Source: a virus. Taken from it: DNA of 64,000 nt. Numbering within the stretch: position 1 is the first letter of the stretch; the number at the start of each line of letters is the position of its first letter. Of this stretch, positions 38,737 through 47,875 are shown piece after piece. The position numbers and the translations under genes are program-made. The stretch spans positions 64,001 through 128,000 of the IMG/VR virus record IMGVR_UViG_3300021961_008712; one strand, given 5' to 3'. Under the pieces are notes generated by a model that was not told where the DNA came from, searched no databases, and saw only the letters and a program-made list of their open reading frames with translations.

Positions 38737-40391
38737 TACAATTAGGAATTTCAGCTTTTTACCATGATGCCGCAGCATGTATTGTTATAGACGGAAAGGT
38801 AGTAGCAGCAGCCGAAGAAGAAAGATTTACAGAAATAAAACACGACTTATCTTTTCCAATAAATGCAATTAATTATTGCTTGAAAGAAGCGGGAATATCT
38901 ATCAATGATGTACGTCAAGTATGTTGGTATGAAATCCCAGCAGTAAAAAAACATAGAGTTTTAAGTATATTTAAAAAAAGATGGATAAGGACTCTCTTTA
39001 CTAAAAGAAAATTTCTTAAAGAATTCGAAAACAATAATCCAGAAAAACTTCTAAAAGAAATAGGGTACGAAGGAGAAATATCGTATATTGCTCACCATTT
39101 AAGCCACGCTGCATTTTCTTATTTTACCAGCCCTTACTCAGAATCAGATATTCTAGTAATTGACGGAGTAGGAGAATGGGATACAGTAAGTCTCTGGAAA
39201 GGTAAAGATAAGAAAGTAGACCTAATAGAAAGCTTCCAGTTTCCCTATTCTTTGGGTATGTTTTACTCTACGATGACTGCTTTCCTAGGATTTAAACCTA
39301 ATGAAGGTGAGTATAAAGTAATGGGATTAGCTCCTTATGGTAAACCTGCAAAGTACTACGACAAATTAAAAAGCATCTTTAATGATTCCGGTACAGAAAT
39401 CAACCAAAAATACTTTACATGGGAGTATAGCGATAAGGGAATGTTTACAGAAAAGCTAATGATGCTTTTAGAGATTGTTCCAAGAGATCCAGGAACTGAA
39501 GTAACACAAGATCATAAAGACCTAGCAGCAGCAACTCAAGCTATTTACGAATTTTACTTTTTAAAGTTTGTAGAGATGATCAAATCTGCTAGCGGTTCAG
39601 ATAATTTATGCCTAGGAGGTGGATGTGCATATAATGGAGTAGCCAACAATAAGGCTTACAAATTTTATCAAAATATTTATATCCCCTATGCTCCATCTGA
39701 TGCAGGATCTGCTATTGGTGCATGTCTCGTAAATTACCAGGGACCTAGACGTAATAATACATCTCCATACTTAGGAGAAAAAATTAATAACGATGATTTA
39801 CCTATTTTACTAGAATCTTACAAAGATAGAGTAAACTACTTAGAATTTGCAGAAGATCAACTCTGTAACAGAGTAGCAAAACTAATACTAAACGGTAAAA
39901 TAGTTGCCTGGGTACAAGATAGAATGGAATTTGGAGCTAGAGCTTTAGGTAATAGGTCAATTTTAGCATCACCTCATGATCCTAAAATGAGAGAAAAATT
40001 AAACTATGTTATTAAGAAAAGAGAAGGGTTTAGACCTTTTGCACCTTCCGTAATAGCTACCGATGTAAACAATTACTTCATTGCCAAGGATAATGTACCT
40101 TATATGAACCAAGTAGTAAAGGTTAAAAGAAATGCACAAAGTTTATTTCCTGCTGCTACACACGTAGATAATACTGCTAGAATACAATCAGTAAATATAA
40201 AAGACAATCCAAAGTACTATTTATTATTAACTGAGCTAAGAAAGCTAACTGGTCATGGAGTTGTACTAAATACCTCATACAACTTAAAAGATCAGACTAT
40301 CACTAGAACAGCTACTCAAGCAATAGAGAGGTATTTAGATAGCGATATCGATTATTTGATTTTAAACAACTATATTATTATTAAAAAATGA
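38733..40391 (+). CDS. Carbamoyltransferase (NodU/CmcH family)
   Basis: YHDAAA, EEERF, HHLSHA, DGVGE, EYKVMGLAPYG, FGARALGNRSI, REGFRPFAP, HVDNTAR. Confidence 0.93.
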   Translation: MIQLGISAFYHDAAACIVIDGKVVAAAEEERFTEIKHDLSFPINAINYCLKEAGISINDVRQVCWYEIPAVKKHRVLSIFKKRWIRTLFTKRKFLKEFENNNPEKLLKEIGYEGEISYIAHHLSHAAFSYFTSPYSESDILVIDGVGEWDTVSLWKGKDKKVDLIESFQFPYSLGMFYSTMTAFLGFKPNEGEYKVMGLAPYGKPAKYYDKLKSIFNDSGTEINQKYFTWEYSDKGMFTEKLMMLLEIVPRDPGTEVTQDHKDLAAATQAIYEFYFLKFVEMIKSASGSDNLCLGGGCAYNGVANNKAYKFYQNIYIPYAPSDAGSAIGACLVNYQGPRRNNTSPYLGEKINNDDLPILLESYKDRVNYLEFAEDQLCNRVAKLILNGKIVAWVQDRMEFGARALGNRSILASPHDPKMREKLNYVIKKREGFRPFAPSVIATDVNNYFIAKDNVPYMNQVVKVKRNAQSLFPAATHVDNTARIQSVNIKDNPKYYLLLTELRKLTGHGVVLNTSYNLKDQTITRTATQAIERYLDSDIDYLILNNYIIIKK

Positions 40392-40504
40392 AATTAATTA
40401 AATTTATCAAAAATCTTATATTTAAGTGGAAGCAAAACAGAAAATATAAGAAAAAGCTTAAAGAATTGAAAAAAAGAGATCCTTTTATTTACAAAAACTT
40501 CTAG
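40388..40504 (+). CDS. Small basic peptide (38 aa) ending KRDPFIYKNF
   Basis: ATGA overlap with the carbamoyltransferase stop codon; Lys-rich; PFIY motif. Confidence 0.5.
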   Translation: MKLIKFIKNLIFKWKQNRKYKKKLKELKKRDPFIYKNF

Positions 40505-40544
40505 CTAGTTATACCTACCCTATTTATATAATATCAGTAGCAAC

Positions 40545-42266
40545 ATGGCGAATTTCACTAACACAAAAATTAATCAGACTTTTCAAAGAGTCGTTCAAGT
40601 TAACGGCAATGCCGAACTACAGGACGGTCTAGGTAGACAATTGTCTGGTTCTATGGGTGATCTAACTGTTAACGGTACATTAGGTATCACTGGATATTCT
40701 GATGTATCTGCATCTTTAGCTCAACTTCATACTTTTAGTTCGTCATTAGACAATACCTTCGCTACAGATAATGAACTAGCAGCAGTTTCTAGCTCTCTTG
40801 CTTTAGAGACAGCACAACTATTAAATTTTAGTGCTTCTTTAGATGCAACTTTTGCTACTGATGCAGAATTAAGTAGCTTATCAAGCTCGATTTCTGCTAC
40901 ATACCTTTCTAATGATGAATGGATTTTCCACTCTGCTTCTATCAGAAACGACATTTTTGCAGACAGTGTTAGAATTGCCTTCTTTGAAAATAAAACTTTA
41001 GTTTCTGGTTCTAGTCAAATTGATTTAACTCAAACAACCAACTATAGTGCGATTTCTAGTTCTATAGCAGATCTACAAAATTTTAGTGCTTCTTTAGATG
41101 CAACTTTTGCTACTGATGCTGAATTGTCCGCACTTTCTAGTTCTGTTGCTTCTACATACCTTTCTAATGATGAATGGACTTTCCACTCAGCATCTATAAG
41201 AAATGATATCTTTGCAGATAGTGTCAGAATAGCTTTCTTTGAAAATAAAACTTTAGTTTCTGGTTCTAGTCAAATAAATCTTAGCCAAGCTACAGGAATC
41301 GCAGCACAAGCTATTACCGCATCCTATGCAATTTCTGCATCTCATGAAATTACTTATGAGCTATCATCTTCATATGCTAATTTTGCAACTACTGCTTCAC
41401 ATGCATTAAATGTACCTGATATTAGTGCTGTAAATGCTTATACAAGTTCTATAGATGCTAGAGTAATAAGCTTAGAGACGTTAAGTTCTTCTTTAGACAC
41501 ACTATTTCTATCAGAAGAAGAATGGACTTTCCATTCAGCCTCTATTAGAAATGATATTGCTTTTGATAGTAGTAGAATAGCAGTTTTAGAAAATAAAACT
41601 TTAGTAAGTAGTTCAGCCCAAATTACTGATTTTGGCTTTATTTAATCGTCACATACTGATATTGCAGCATTAAATTTATTTACAGGTTCGATACAAGCAG
41701 AAGTTAATAGTTTAAATGCAGCAACAAGTTCTTTCTTAACAAGTTTAACAGCCAACACATTAGATGAACTTGCTGATGTAAATGATTACAATGCATCTAC
41801 TATTACTGACGGTTACAGGTTAGCATGGGATAGTGGTAGTCAAGAATGGGCACCAGCACCTAGTAGTACGTTTAAAGGTACAACTCGATTATTTATTTCA
41901 ACTACCAGAAGTAATAGTTCAACATTTTTCTTCAATTCAATTACCCGTACAGCAACCGATTCTCCATCACCAGTTGCAGATAGTGCTTTCTTACTTACAT
42001 CAGCTTTACTTAGTAAAGTTACTATTTACTTAAGAAATGATGCCGCATCAGCAAATGCATGTACAGTGGAGGTATTCAAGAATGCAGATGGAGCAGGTTT
42101 TGCATCTGCTTCATCAATTGCTACTGATTCAGGTACGTTAAATACCGATGTAATAACTACATTTAGTTTTACTGGATTATCTTTAGCACAATTTGATTCT
42201 ATACACATCAAAGTTACGCCTACTATAGCAGGTGGACAATACTACGGTATAGTAATTATTGAGTAA
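40545..42266 (+). pseudogene. Ser-rich repeat (fibre/adhesin-like) gene interrupted by a single in-frame TAA at 41643-41645
   Basis: The frame stays open after the TAA through to 42266 (the track ORF 42066..42266 is in the same frame) with the same composition; preceded by TATTTATA. Confidence 0.65.
40824..41275 (+). repeat. 255-bp-period (85-aa) internal repeat
   Basis: NFSASLDATFATDAELS...EW.FHSASIRNDIFADSVRIAFFENKTLVSGSSQI begins at 40824 and 41079; a partial third copy lies near 41510-41620. Confidence 0.85.
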
Positions 42267-42270
42267 AAAG

Positions 42271-42300
42271 TTGCATATGAAATAAAAAGTTCTTATATTA
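42271..42300 (+). promoter_or_regulatory. Promoter TTG-N20-TATATTA
   Basis: Conserved motif heading the queD/queE operon. Confidence 0.6.
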
Positions 42301-42317
42301 TTATAATAGAAGACAAC

Positions 42318-42348
42318 AGTGTCGTAGCACCACTTTAAAAACACATTT
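42318..42348 (+). ncRNA. Candidate preQ1-I-like riboswitch aptamer (copy 1)
   Basis: AGTG-TCGTAGCAC-CACT-TTAAAAACAC, lying between the promoter and the first ATG of the queD/queE operon. Confidence 0.55.
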
Positions 42349-42600
42349 ATGAAAACAGAAGAACAAAGGTTATTAGACGAACTCTACGATGTAGAGACAA
42401 GAAGAGTATCTAAAATTAAAGATCTCTCCACCTCACCCACACTTGAAGATTATCCCGACGCAAAAAAACATCAAATTGTGTCGTTTATTAAATCAGGAAT
42501 TCGTATATTAGGATATATACTTATTCCTTTTGATTTATTTTGGGCAGCAGGAATATTAGTATTATCAGAAGTTGTTGGAATATTAGAAGAGTTGGTATGA
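42349..42600 (+). CDS. Small protein with C-terminal hydrophobic segment(s)
   Basis: 83 aa; IRILGYILIPFDLFWAAGILVLSEVVGILEELV. Confidence 0.6.
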   Translation: MKTEEQRLLDELYDVETRRVSKIKDLSTSPTLEDYPDAKKHQIVSFIKSGIRILGYILIPFDLFWAAGILVLSEVVGILEELV

Positions 42601-42761
42601 TAGAGGTAGTTAAGCACACTTTAGGAATTTGCGGAGAGCATTGGCATCCTAGTGCACTTACAGTATTAGCTAGCAGTCCATTATTTGTAGCTACAGTTAA
42701 CTACATTAAATGTAAATGCGGCGGATTGTTTAATCATAAAAAAAGTTGTAATAATGAGTAA
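42597..42761 (+). CDS. Small His/Cys-rich hypothetical protein
   Basis: Likely start is ATG 42597 (ATGA overlap): MIEVVKHTLGICGEHWHPS...CKCG...HKKSC. Confidence 0.5.
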   Translation: MIEVVKHTLGICGEHWHPSALTVLASSPLFVATVNYIKCKCGGLFNHKKSCNNE

Positions 42762-43224
42762 ATTTCAATCAACAAAAGTATTTGATGGATTTAGTACCTG
42801 CTTTAGACAATGGAAAGCAGAAGATACTCATTGTAGGTTTCTACATGGGTATGGAGTTTCAATTAAAATTTGGTTCGAAGGTGAATTAGATGAAAGAAAC
42901 TGGGTATGGGACTTTGGCGGTATGAAAAGAGCTAAAGGTAAAATAGACGGTTTATCTCCTAAAGAATGGTTTGAGTATATGTTTGACCATACTGTTATTG
43001 TAGCAGAAGATGATCCGCAATTAGGAAATTATTTCAGAAAAATGGACCGTAACGGTACAATCCAACTGCGTGAAGTACCTGCTACTGGAGCAGAGAAGTT
43101 TGCCGAATTTGTGTACTCAAAAGTTAATCCTTTTATTGAGGAAGAAACTAACGGTAGAGTAACTATTACTAAAGTAGAATTCAGAGAACACGATAAAAAT
43201 TCAGCTATTTATGTCCCTAGGTAG
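42754..43224 (+). CDS. queD: 6-carboxytetrahydropterin synthase (QueD/PTPS family)
   Basis: HCRFLHGY, WVWDFG, FDHT, TGAEKFA, EFREHDKNSA. Confidence 0.85.
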   Translation: MSKFQSTKVFDGFSTCFRQWKAEDTHCRFLHGYGVSIKIWFEGELDERNWVWDFGGMKRAKGKIDGLSPKEWFEYMFDHTVIVAEDDPQLGNYFRKMDRNGTIQLREVPATGAEKFAEFVYSKVNPFIEEETNGRVTITKVEFREHDKNSAIYVPR

Positions 43225-43987
43225 AATAGAAGATTATAATAAAGTACTACCCATCGTTGAACTTTATACTGCAGTACAATCTGAAGGTTCTAGACAAGGT
43301 TATCCGACTATTGTCATAAGAACAACAGGATGTACTCATAGATGCTACTTTGGAGAAGGTGGCTGGTGTGATAGCTGGTATACTTCTATTCACCCAGAAA
43401 AAGGTAGATATACCTTTAATGATATCATAGATATGTACGATAAAAATCCTCATATCTCAGAAATGATGTTAACCGGTGGTTCTCCTTCAATGCACGGCAA
43501 ATTAGTAAACGAATTAACACACCTAGCACATGAAAGAGGTATTTTTATCACTATGGAGAACGAAGGTAGTCATTACCTTGAGACCGATTATCCTATTGAT
43601 CTCCTGTCTATTAGCCCTAAGTTCTCTAATAGTGTTCCTATTATTGGCGTATCCACACCTCAAGGTGGTATAGTAGATGATAGAATGGTTAAACAGCATA
43701 ATAAGTATAGATTAAATTTAGACGCTATTAGAAAGTCAATTGCGTATCATAAGGACTACCATATTAAACCGGTATTAGATAAAGACTTAACTATATACAG
43801 CGAGGTTAGGCAGTTTTTAGATAGCCTAAATATTCCTAATGAAAAAGTCTGGATGATGCCAGCTGGAGATACAAGAGTTGCATTATTTGAAACTTATCCT
43901 GTAGTTATGGATTTTTGTAGAGATGAAGGTTACAGATTTACAGGAAGAGCACACATAATGGCATTTGATACACAACGAGAAGTATGA
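43211..43987 (+). CDS. queE: 7-carboxy-7-deazaguanine synthase (radical SAM)
   Basis: VQSEG, RTTGCTHRC...WCDS, LTGGSP, ENEG, SISPK, W.MP.G; adjacent to queD. Confidence 0.88.
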   Translation: MSLGRIEDYNKVLPIVELYTAVQSEGSRQGYPTIVIRTTGCTHRCYFGEGGWCDSWYTSIHPEKGRYTFNDIIDMYDKNPHISEMMLTGGSPSMHGKLVNELTHLAHERGIFITMENEGSHYLETDYPIDLLSISPKFSNSVPIIGVSTPQGGIVDDRMVKQHNKYRLNLDAIRKSIAYHKDYHIKPVLDKDLTIYSEVRQFLDSLNIPNEKVWMMPAGDTRVALFETYPVVMDFCRDEGYRFTGRAHIMAFDTQREV

Positions 43988-44238
43988 GTTTTATTATAGG
44001 ATCAAAATGTATTGGTACTAAAGATGGAGCCTGTATTGCAGTCTGTCCAGTAGACTGTATTGCAGAAGGAGAAGAATCTATGTACATTAATCCTGAAGTA
44101 TGCATTGACTGTGGTGCATGTGTCCCGGAATGCCCTGTAGAAGCTATATTTGATACAGAAGAACAAGCAATCGCAGCCGGAGAATTAGAAGCAGTAAAAA
44201 AGAATTATCAATTTTATGGTTTAACATACAAACAATGA
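43984..44238 (+). CDS. Ferredoxin (dicluster, 7Fe-type)
   Basis: CIGTKDGACIAVCPVDCI and CIDCGACVPECPVEAI. Confidence 0.9.
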   Translation: MSFIIGSKCIGTKDGACIAVCPVDCIAEGEESMYINPEVCIDCGACVPECPVEAIFDTEEQAIAAGELEAVKKNYQFYGLTYKQ

Positions 44239-44426
44239 CAGCAGAAGAATTTGTTATTTGGTTTAGAGGTTTTGTCAACGGTGCTCACCACTTTAATATT
44301 ACTCCACAGCAATGGGAGTACTTAAAGGAAAAACTAGATGAAGTAGAAAGTAAAAATACTCTAGCAGATTACACTGCCGGTAATTGGTTTATTAATAACA
44401 CATGGGAGAAAACAAAATCTACTTAA
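44235..44426 (+). CDS. Small hypothetical protein
   Basis: MTAEEFVIWFRGF...TPQQWEYLKEKL; overlaps both neighbours. Confidence 0.55.
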   Translation: MTAEEFVIWFRGFVNGAHHFNITPQQWEYLKEKLDEVESKNTLADYTAGNWFINNTWEKTKST

Positions 44427-44806
44427 CTTGGGAGGATGTCTATGAGCTATTAGACAAAATTCATGAACAAACAAAAGGAGAAATCAAATATGTAACCGGT
44501 ATTCCTAGAGGAGGAATTCTTTTAGCAGTACTTTATTCACATAGATTTAATGTACAGTACTTTGAATTTAAAAGTAATCATTATCATGATTTGTTAATTA
44601 TAGACGATATAGCTGATACAGGAGATACTTTTTTAAACTTAAAAGAAGACATAAAACTACCAAAAACAGCAGCACTTCATTATAAATCCACTTCTAAATT
44701 TAAACCTGATTTCTTCGGTAAGGAAGTACCAGGAGATTTCGGTTGGATAGTCTACCCTTGGGAAAAAAAAGATTCAAAACCAATTCAAGACTATTTGGAT
44801 AATTGA
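44402..44806 (+). CDS. Type I phosphoribosyltransferase (xanthine-guanine PRTase-like)
   Basis: GIPRGG, PRPP-binding LLIIDDIADTGDT, C-terminal WIVYPWE. Confidence 0.85.
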   Translation: MGENKIYLTWEDVYELLDKIHEQTKGEIKYVTGIPRGGILLAVLYSHRFNVQYFEFKSNHYHDLLIIDDIADTGDTFLNLKEDIKLPKTAALHYKSTSKFKPDFFGKEVPGDFGWIVYPWEKKDSKPIQDYLDN

Positions 44807-44824
44807 GCAAAAATTCGTATATTA
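44795..44824 (+). promoter_or_regulatory. Promoter TTG-N20-TATATTA
   Basis: Conserved motif upstream of folE. Confidence 0.6.
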
Positions 44825-44834
44825 AGATATAGAT

Positions 44835-44870
44835 AATGTGTCGCAGTACCACTTTAAAAACAAAAAATTA
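44835..44870 (+). ncRNA. Candidate preQ1-I-like riboswitch aptamer (copy 2)
   Basis: GTG-TCGCAGTAC-CAC-TTTAAAAACAAAAAA between the promoter and the folE ATG (44871). Confidence 0.55.
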
Positions 44871-45542
44871 ATGAATAACATTGAATTAGAATTAGTAAAA
44901 GAAGGATTTGCAAATGGTGTAGCCCCTGGGTTTCCTCTTACAGAAGTACAGAAAAGTGAAATGATTGAAGAAGCAGCATATGCTTATGGAAAGTTTCTAG
45001 ATGCTTTAGGATGTGACTGGAGAAATGACCCTAACTCAGCTGATACTCCTCGTAGAGTAGCTAAAGCATATGTAAGAGATTTATGGAGAGGACGTTATGA
45101 TGCAATGACTGAAATTACAGCATTCCCTTCTGATGGGTACAACGGTATCGTACAGGAGTCAAATATACCGGTGACGTCAATGTGTAGCCACCACCACCAA
45201 ACAATAGGTGGTCGTGTGAGTATTGCCTATGTACCGTCTGAGAATGGTAAAGTAGTAGGTCTGTCTAAACTCAACCGTATCGTCGAACACTTTGGACGAA
45301 GAGGTGCTATACAAGAGCAACTTACTGTAGCCATTCATAATGCAATCGATAAGATTTGTGAAGGTAACCTTGGAGTAGCTGTAATGATTGATGCAACTCA
45401 TAACTGTGTAAGTTGTAGAGGAGTTAAGCACCAAGGAGCTTCAATGCAGACAGCTAAACTATCAGGTTGCTTTCTTAACGAAGATTCTGCAAGAGCTGAG
45501 TTTTATAAAAACATAGAATTAGCAGGTAAATGTAGATATTAG
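44871..45542 (+). CDS. folE: GTP cyclohydrolase I
   Basis: DTPRRVAK, SMCSHH, GLSKLNR, IQEQLT, HNCVSCRGV; likely start is ATG 44871. Confidence 0.95.
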   Translation: MNNIELELVKEGFANGVAPGFPLTEVQKSEMIEEAAYAYGKFLDALGCDWRNDPNSADTPRRVAKAYVRDLWRGRYDAMTEITAFPSDGYNGIVQESNIPVTSMCSHHHQTIGGRVSIAYVPSENGKVVGLSKLNRIVEHFGRRGAIQEQLTVAIHNAIDKICEGNLGVAVMIDATHNCVSCRGVKHQGASMQTAKLSGCFLNEDSARAEFYKNIELAGKCRY

Positions 45543-45551
45543 GAGTATATT

Positions 45552-46277
45552 ATGTTTGAATGGATAAAAGAAAAATATGCGCACCTTGATAAAGACACTG
45601 TTCGCTTTAGAGCCGGAAGCCCAAACCCTATTATAAGGTTTGAAAATTTTCTTCCGGAAACAGAAGCATACAAACTCTATTATGAAAGCCAAAGTATACC
45701 AAATGTATACTGGAAAACTTTTGATAGAAATGGAAGTCATATGAAGGAGTTAAATAAAGTTGAACTTATGCCTATAGCATTCAATATTATTAACTACCTG
45801 AATAGCGGACCATTTTTAACTTACTTAGAGACATTAACAGGTATCGAAAGACTTATCCCAGATCCCCATTTAATAGGAGCAGGATACAGTAAGAGCTTTA
45901 ATGGTGATACCTTAAAGATACATACAGATTTTAACTGGAATAACGAATTAAGCCTTCATCGAGCATTAAGTTTAATAATCTATATTACACCAGAATGGAA
46001 GGCTGAATATGGAGGAGCATTGAGCTTTCTCGACAGAGATAGACAGCAAGAAATTTTTAAAGCTGATTGTTTATTTAATACAGCGTTAATTTGGAGACAT
46101 GGTAAATATGCTTTTCATGGATACCCAGATCCAATTCAATGTCCATCTCATTTGTCGAGAAATACTTTGAGACTGTTTTATTTTGTAAGTACCTCAGAAC
46201 ACAACCCAGATGATCCACCACACCGTAGTTTATACTGGTATGATGAAAAATTAAATGAACCTATAGATTTAAAATAA
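45552..46277 (+). CDS. 2OG-Fe(II) oxygenase
   Basis: LKIHTDFN, YGGAL, FHGYPDP, R.TLRLFY. Confidence 0.8.
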   Translation: MFEWIKEKYAHLDKDTVRFRAGSPNPIIRFENFLPETEAYKLYYESQSIPNVYWKTFDRNGSHMKELNKVELMPIAFNIINYLNSGPFLTYLETLTGIERLIPDPHLIGAGYSKSFNGDTLKIHTDFNWNNELSLHRALSLIIYITPEWKAEYGGALSFLDRDRQQEIFKADCLFNTALIWRHGKYAFHGYPDPIQCPSHLSRNTLRLFYFVSTSEHNPDDPPHRSLYWYDEKLNEPIDLK

Positions 46278-46278
46278 A

Positions 46279-47448
46279 ATGATTTACGTAAATTTTGGAA
46301 AGAACTCGAGTGAAGACCATAAATGGTATTGGGCAGATAAAGGAGCTAAAGAATATACAGAATGGACCTCTGCTGACAAAAACCCTATTTTCTATTATGA
46401 TAGACATGATTTAGCTATGAGAAATCTCGAGTTTAGAGACTTTGTTACAGAAGAAATGTGGGAACATTTTAGAACTAACGAAGAAGCTCTAATAGTAATT
46501 AATTTTGCTGATGATTATATTAACTCAGCAGACTTAGATAGATTTGCCTCTGATATCAAGCTTAGAAATGTAGATAGTTCTAGAGTTATTTTTGTATTGA
46601 TGGATCAAAATTTCATTGAGTTTGTAGTTAATGGACTAGCAGCTAGAGGAATAAATAATATTTCAGCTGATTACATTAATATTCTCATGAAAAGGGTACC
46701 TCCTAGGTATAATGATGAAGCAATAAAGACTCATAAATTCTCAATATTTAGTAGAAATTATTGGGATTGGAGGTTTGATATTTATTTAGAACTTCTTAAA
46801 AGAGGAGTATTAGCAAATACTAATTTCTCTTTTCATAATTACAATCCTTATACAAATGAATTATACGATGAGGAAAGACTAAAAGCTGATGCGATTAAAA
46901 AGGGACACGTAATAACCCAAGAAGTAGAAGAATTTATTAAAGGTGTACCCTACGATTTGGGGAGCAGAAGTAACAAATTCTCTGATGTTATTTACGAAGC
47001 ATTAAACACATCAGACTACCATATAGTTGTTGAATCTCATTTTGATCCTTTTTTAGGAATAAATTATGAGTTTGCTAAAAAAGACTATAATGAATTAACA
47101 ATCTCTCCTGGATTTATCACAGAAAAAGTATGGAAACCTATTGCGTGTAAAAGACCGTTTTTTATTGCAGCAACTCCATTTATTTTGAGAGATTTGAAAA
47201 AGTTAGGATATAAAACTTTCGGAGAATTTATTGATGAATCCTATGATGAAATCGTAGATGATAAACAAAGATTACTTGCTCTAACTTCTGAAATTGAACG
47301 CATAAATAATCTTCCAACCGAAGAGTATAATCAGCTTCTAGCTTCTTTGCAAAATATAGTAGAGTATAACCATAGTGTATATATTAACCAGTGGGAAAAT
47401 GTAAATTTTACTAAGTACCCTTTTCTACATGGAATAGTTGTACTTTAA
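46279..47448 (+). CDS. Glycosyltransferase-like protein (paralog)
   Basis: ITEKVWKPIACKRPFF; LGYKTFGEFIDESYD. Confidence 0.55.
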   Translation: MIYVNFGKNSSEDHKWYWADKGAKEYTEWTSADKNPIFYYDRHDLAMRNLEFRDFVTEEMWEHFRTNEEALIVINFADDYINSADLDRFASDIKLRNVDSSRVIFVLMDQNFIEFVVNGLAARGINNISADYINILMKRVPPRYNDEAIKTHKFSIFSRNYWDWRFDIYLELLKRGVLANTNFSFHNYNPYTNELYDEERLKADAIKKGHVITQEVEEFIKGVPYDLGSRSNKFSDVIYEALNTSDYHIVVESHFDPFLGINYEFAKKDYNELTISPGFITEKVWKPIACKRPFFIAATPFILRDLKKLGYKTFGEFIDESYDEIVDDKQRLLALTSEIERINNLPTEEYNQLLASLQNIVEYNHSVYINQWENVNFTKYPFLHGIVVL

Positions 47449-47467
47449 AATTATTTTTATTATATTA
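47438..47467 (+). promoter_or_regulatory. Promoter TTG-N20-TATATTA
   Basis: Conserved motif and spacing. Confidence 0.55.
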
Positions 47468-47472
47468 TAGAT

Positions 47473-47871
47473 ATGGAAATAGATATTAGACCTTGGGGTA
47501 GATATGAAGTGTTGCTAGATGCTGAATATACTAAAGTAAAGTTGATTACTGTAGAACCTCAAAAAAAACTATCGTACCAATCTCATGAAAAGAGACAGGA
47601 ATATTGGACTGTTGTTCAAGGTACCTTAACTGTAATTCTTGACGATAAAACTATTTCTGTACCTACCGGTGATTCTATTCACATTCCTTTAGGCTCTAAA
47701 CATAGAGCTTGGAATAAGACAGAAACTCCTGTTCAATTTGTAGAAGTACAAACAGGAACTTATTTTGGAGAAGATGATATCGTAAGATATGAAGATGATT
47801 TTGGAAGAGCCGAGTTAGAACATTTAAGAGATGGAAATTATATTGGCGGATTAACAATGCCTAAAAGATAA
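47473..47871 (+). CDS. Cupin, mannose-6-phosphate isomerase type II C-terminal domain
   Basis: RPWGRYEVL, LSYQSHEKRQEYW, EVQTGTYFGEDDIVRYEDD. Confidence 0.88.
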   Translation: MEIDIRPWGRYEVLLDAEYTKVKLITVEPQKKLSYQSHEKRQEYWTVVQGTLTVILDDKTISVPTGDSIHIPLGSKHRAWNKTETPVQFVEVQTGTYFGEDDIVRYEDDFGRAELEHLRDGNYIGGLTMPKR

Positions 47872-47875
47872 AAAA

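Noticed and set aside
40824-41620. CRISPR array or diversity-generating retroelement repeats
   Set aside because: The repeats are in-frame coding repeats differing mostly at synonymous positions, with no spacer pattern and no reverse transcriptase in the window.
41643-41645. Genome-wide stop-codon reassignment as the explanation for the internal TAA
   Set aside because: TAA, TAG and TGA all terminate conserved genes at expected positions, other genes are not fragmented, and no suppressor tRNA is seen.
44838-44870. GTG start extending FolE by MSQYHFKNKKL
   Set aside because: This stretch is the repeated non-coding leader motif, also present untranslated at 42319. ATG 44871 with an A-rich context is the better start.
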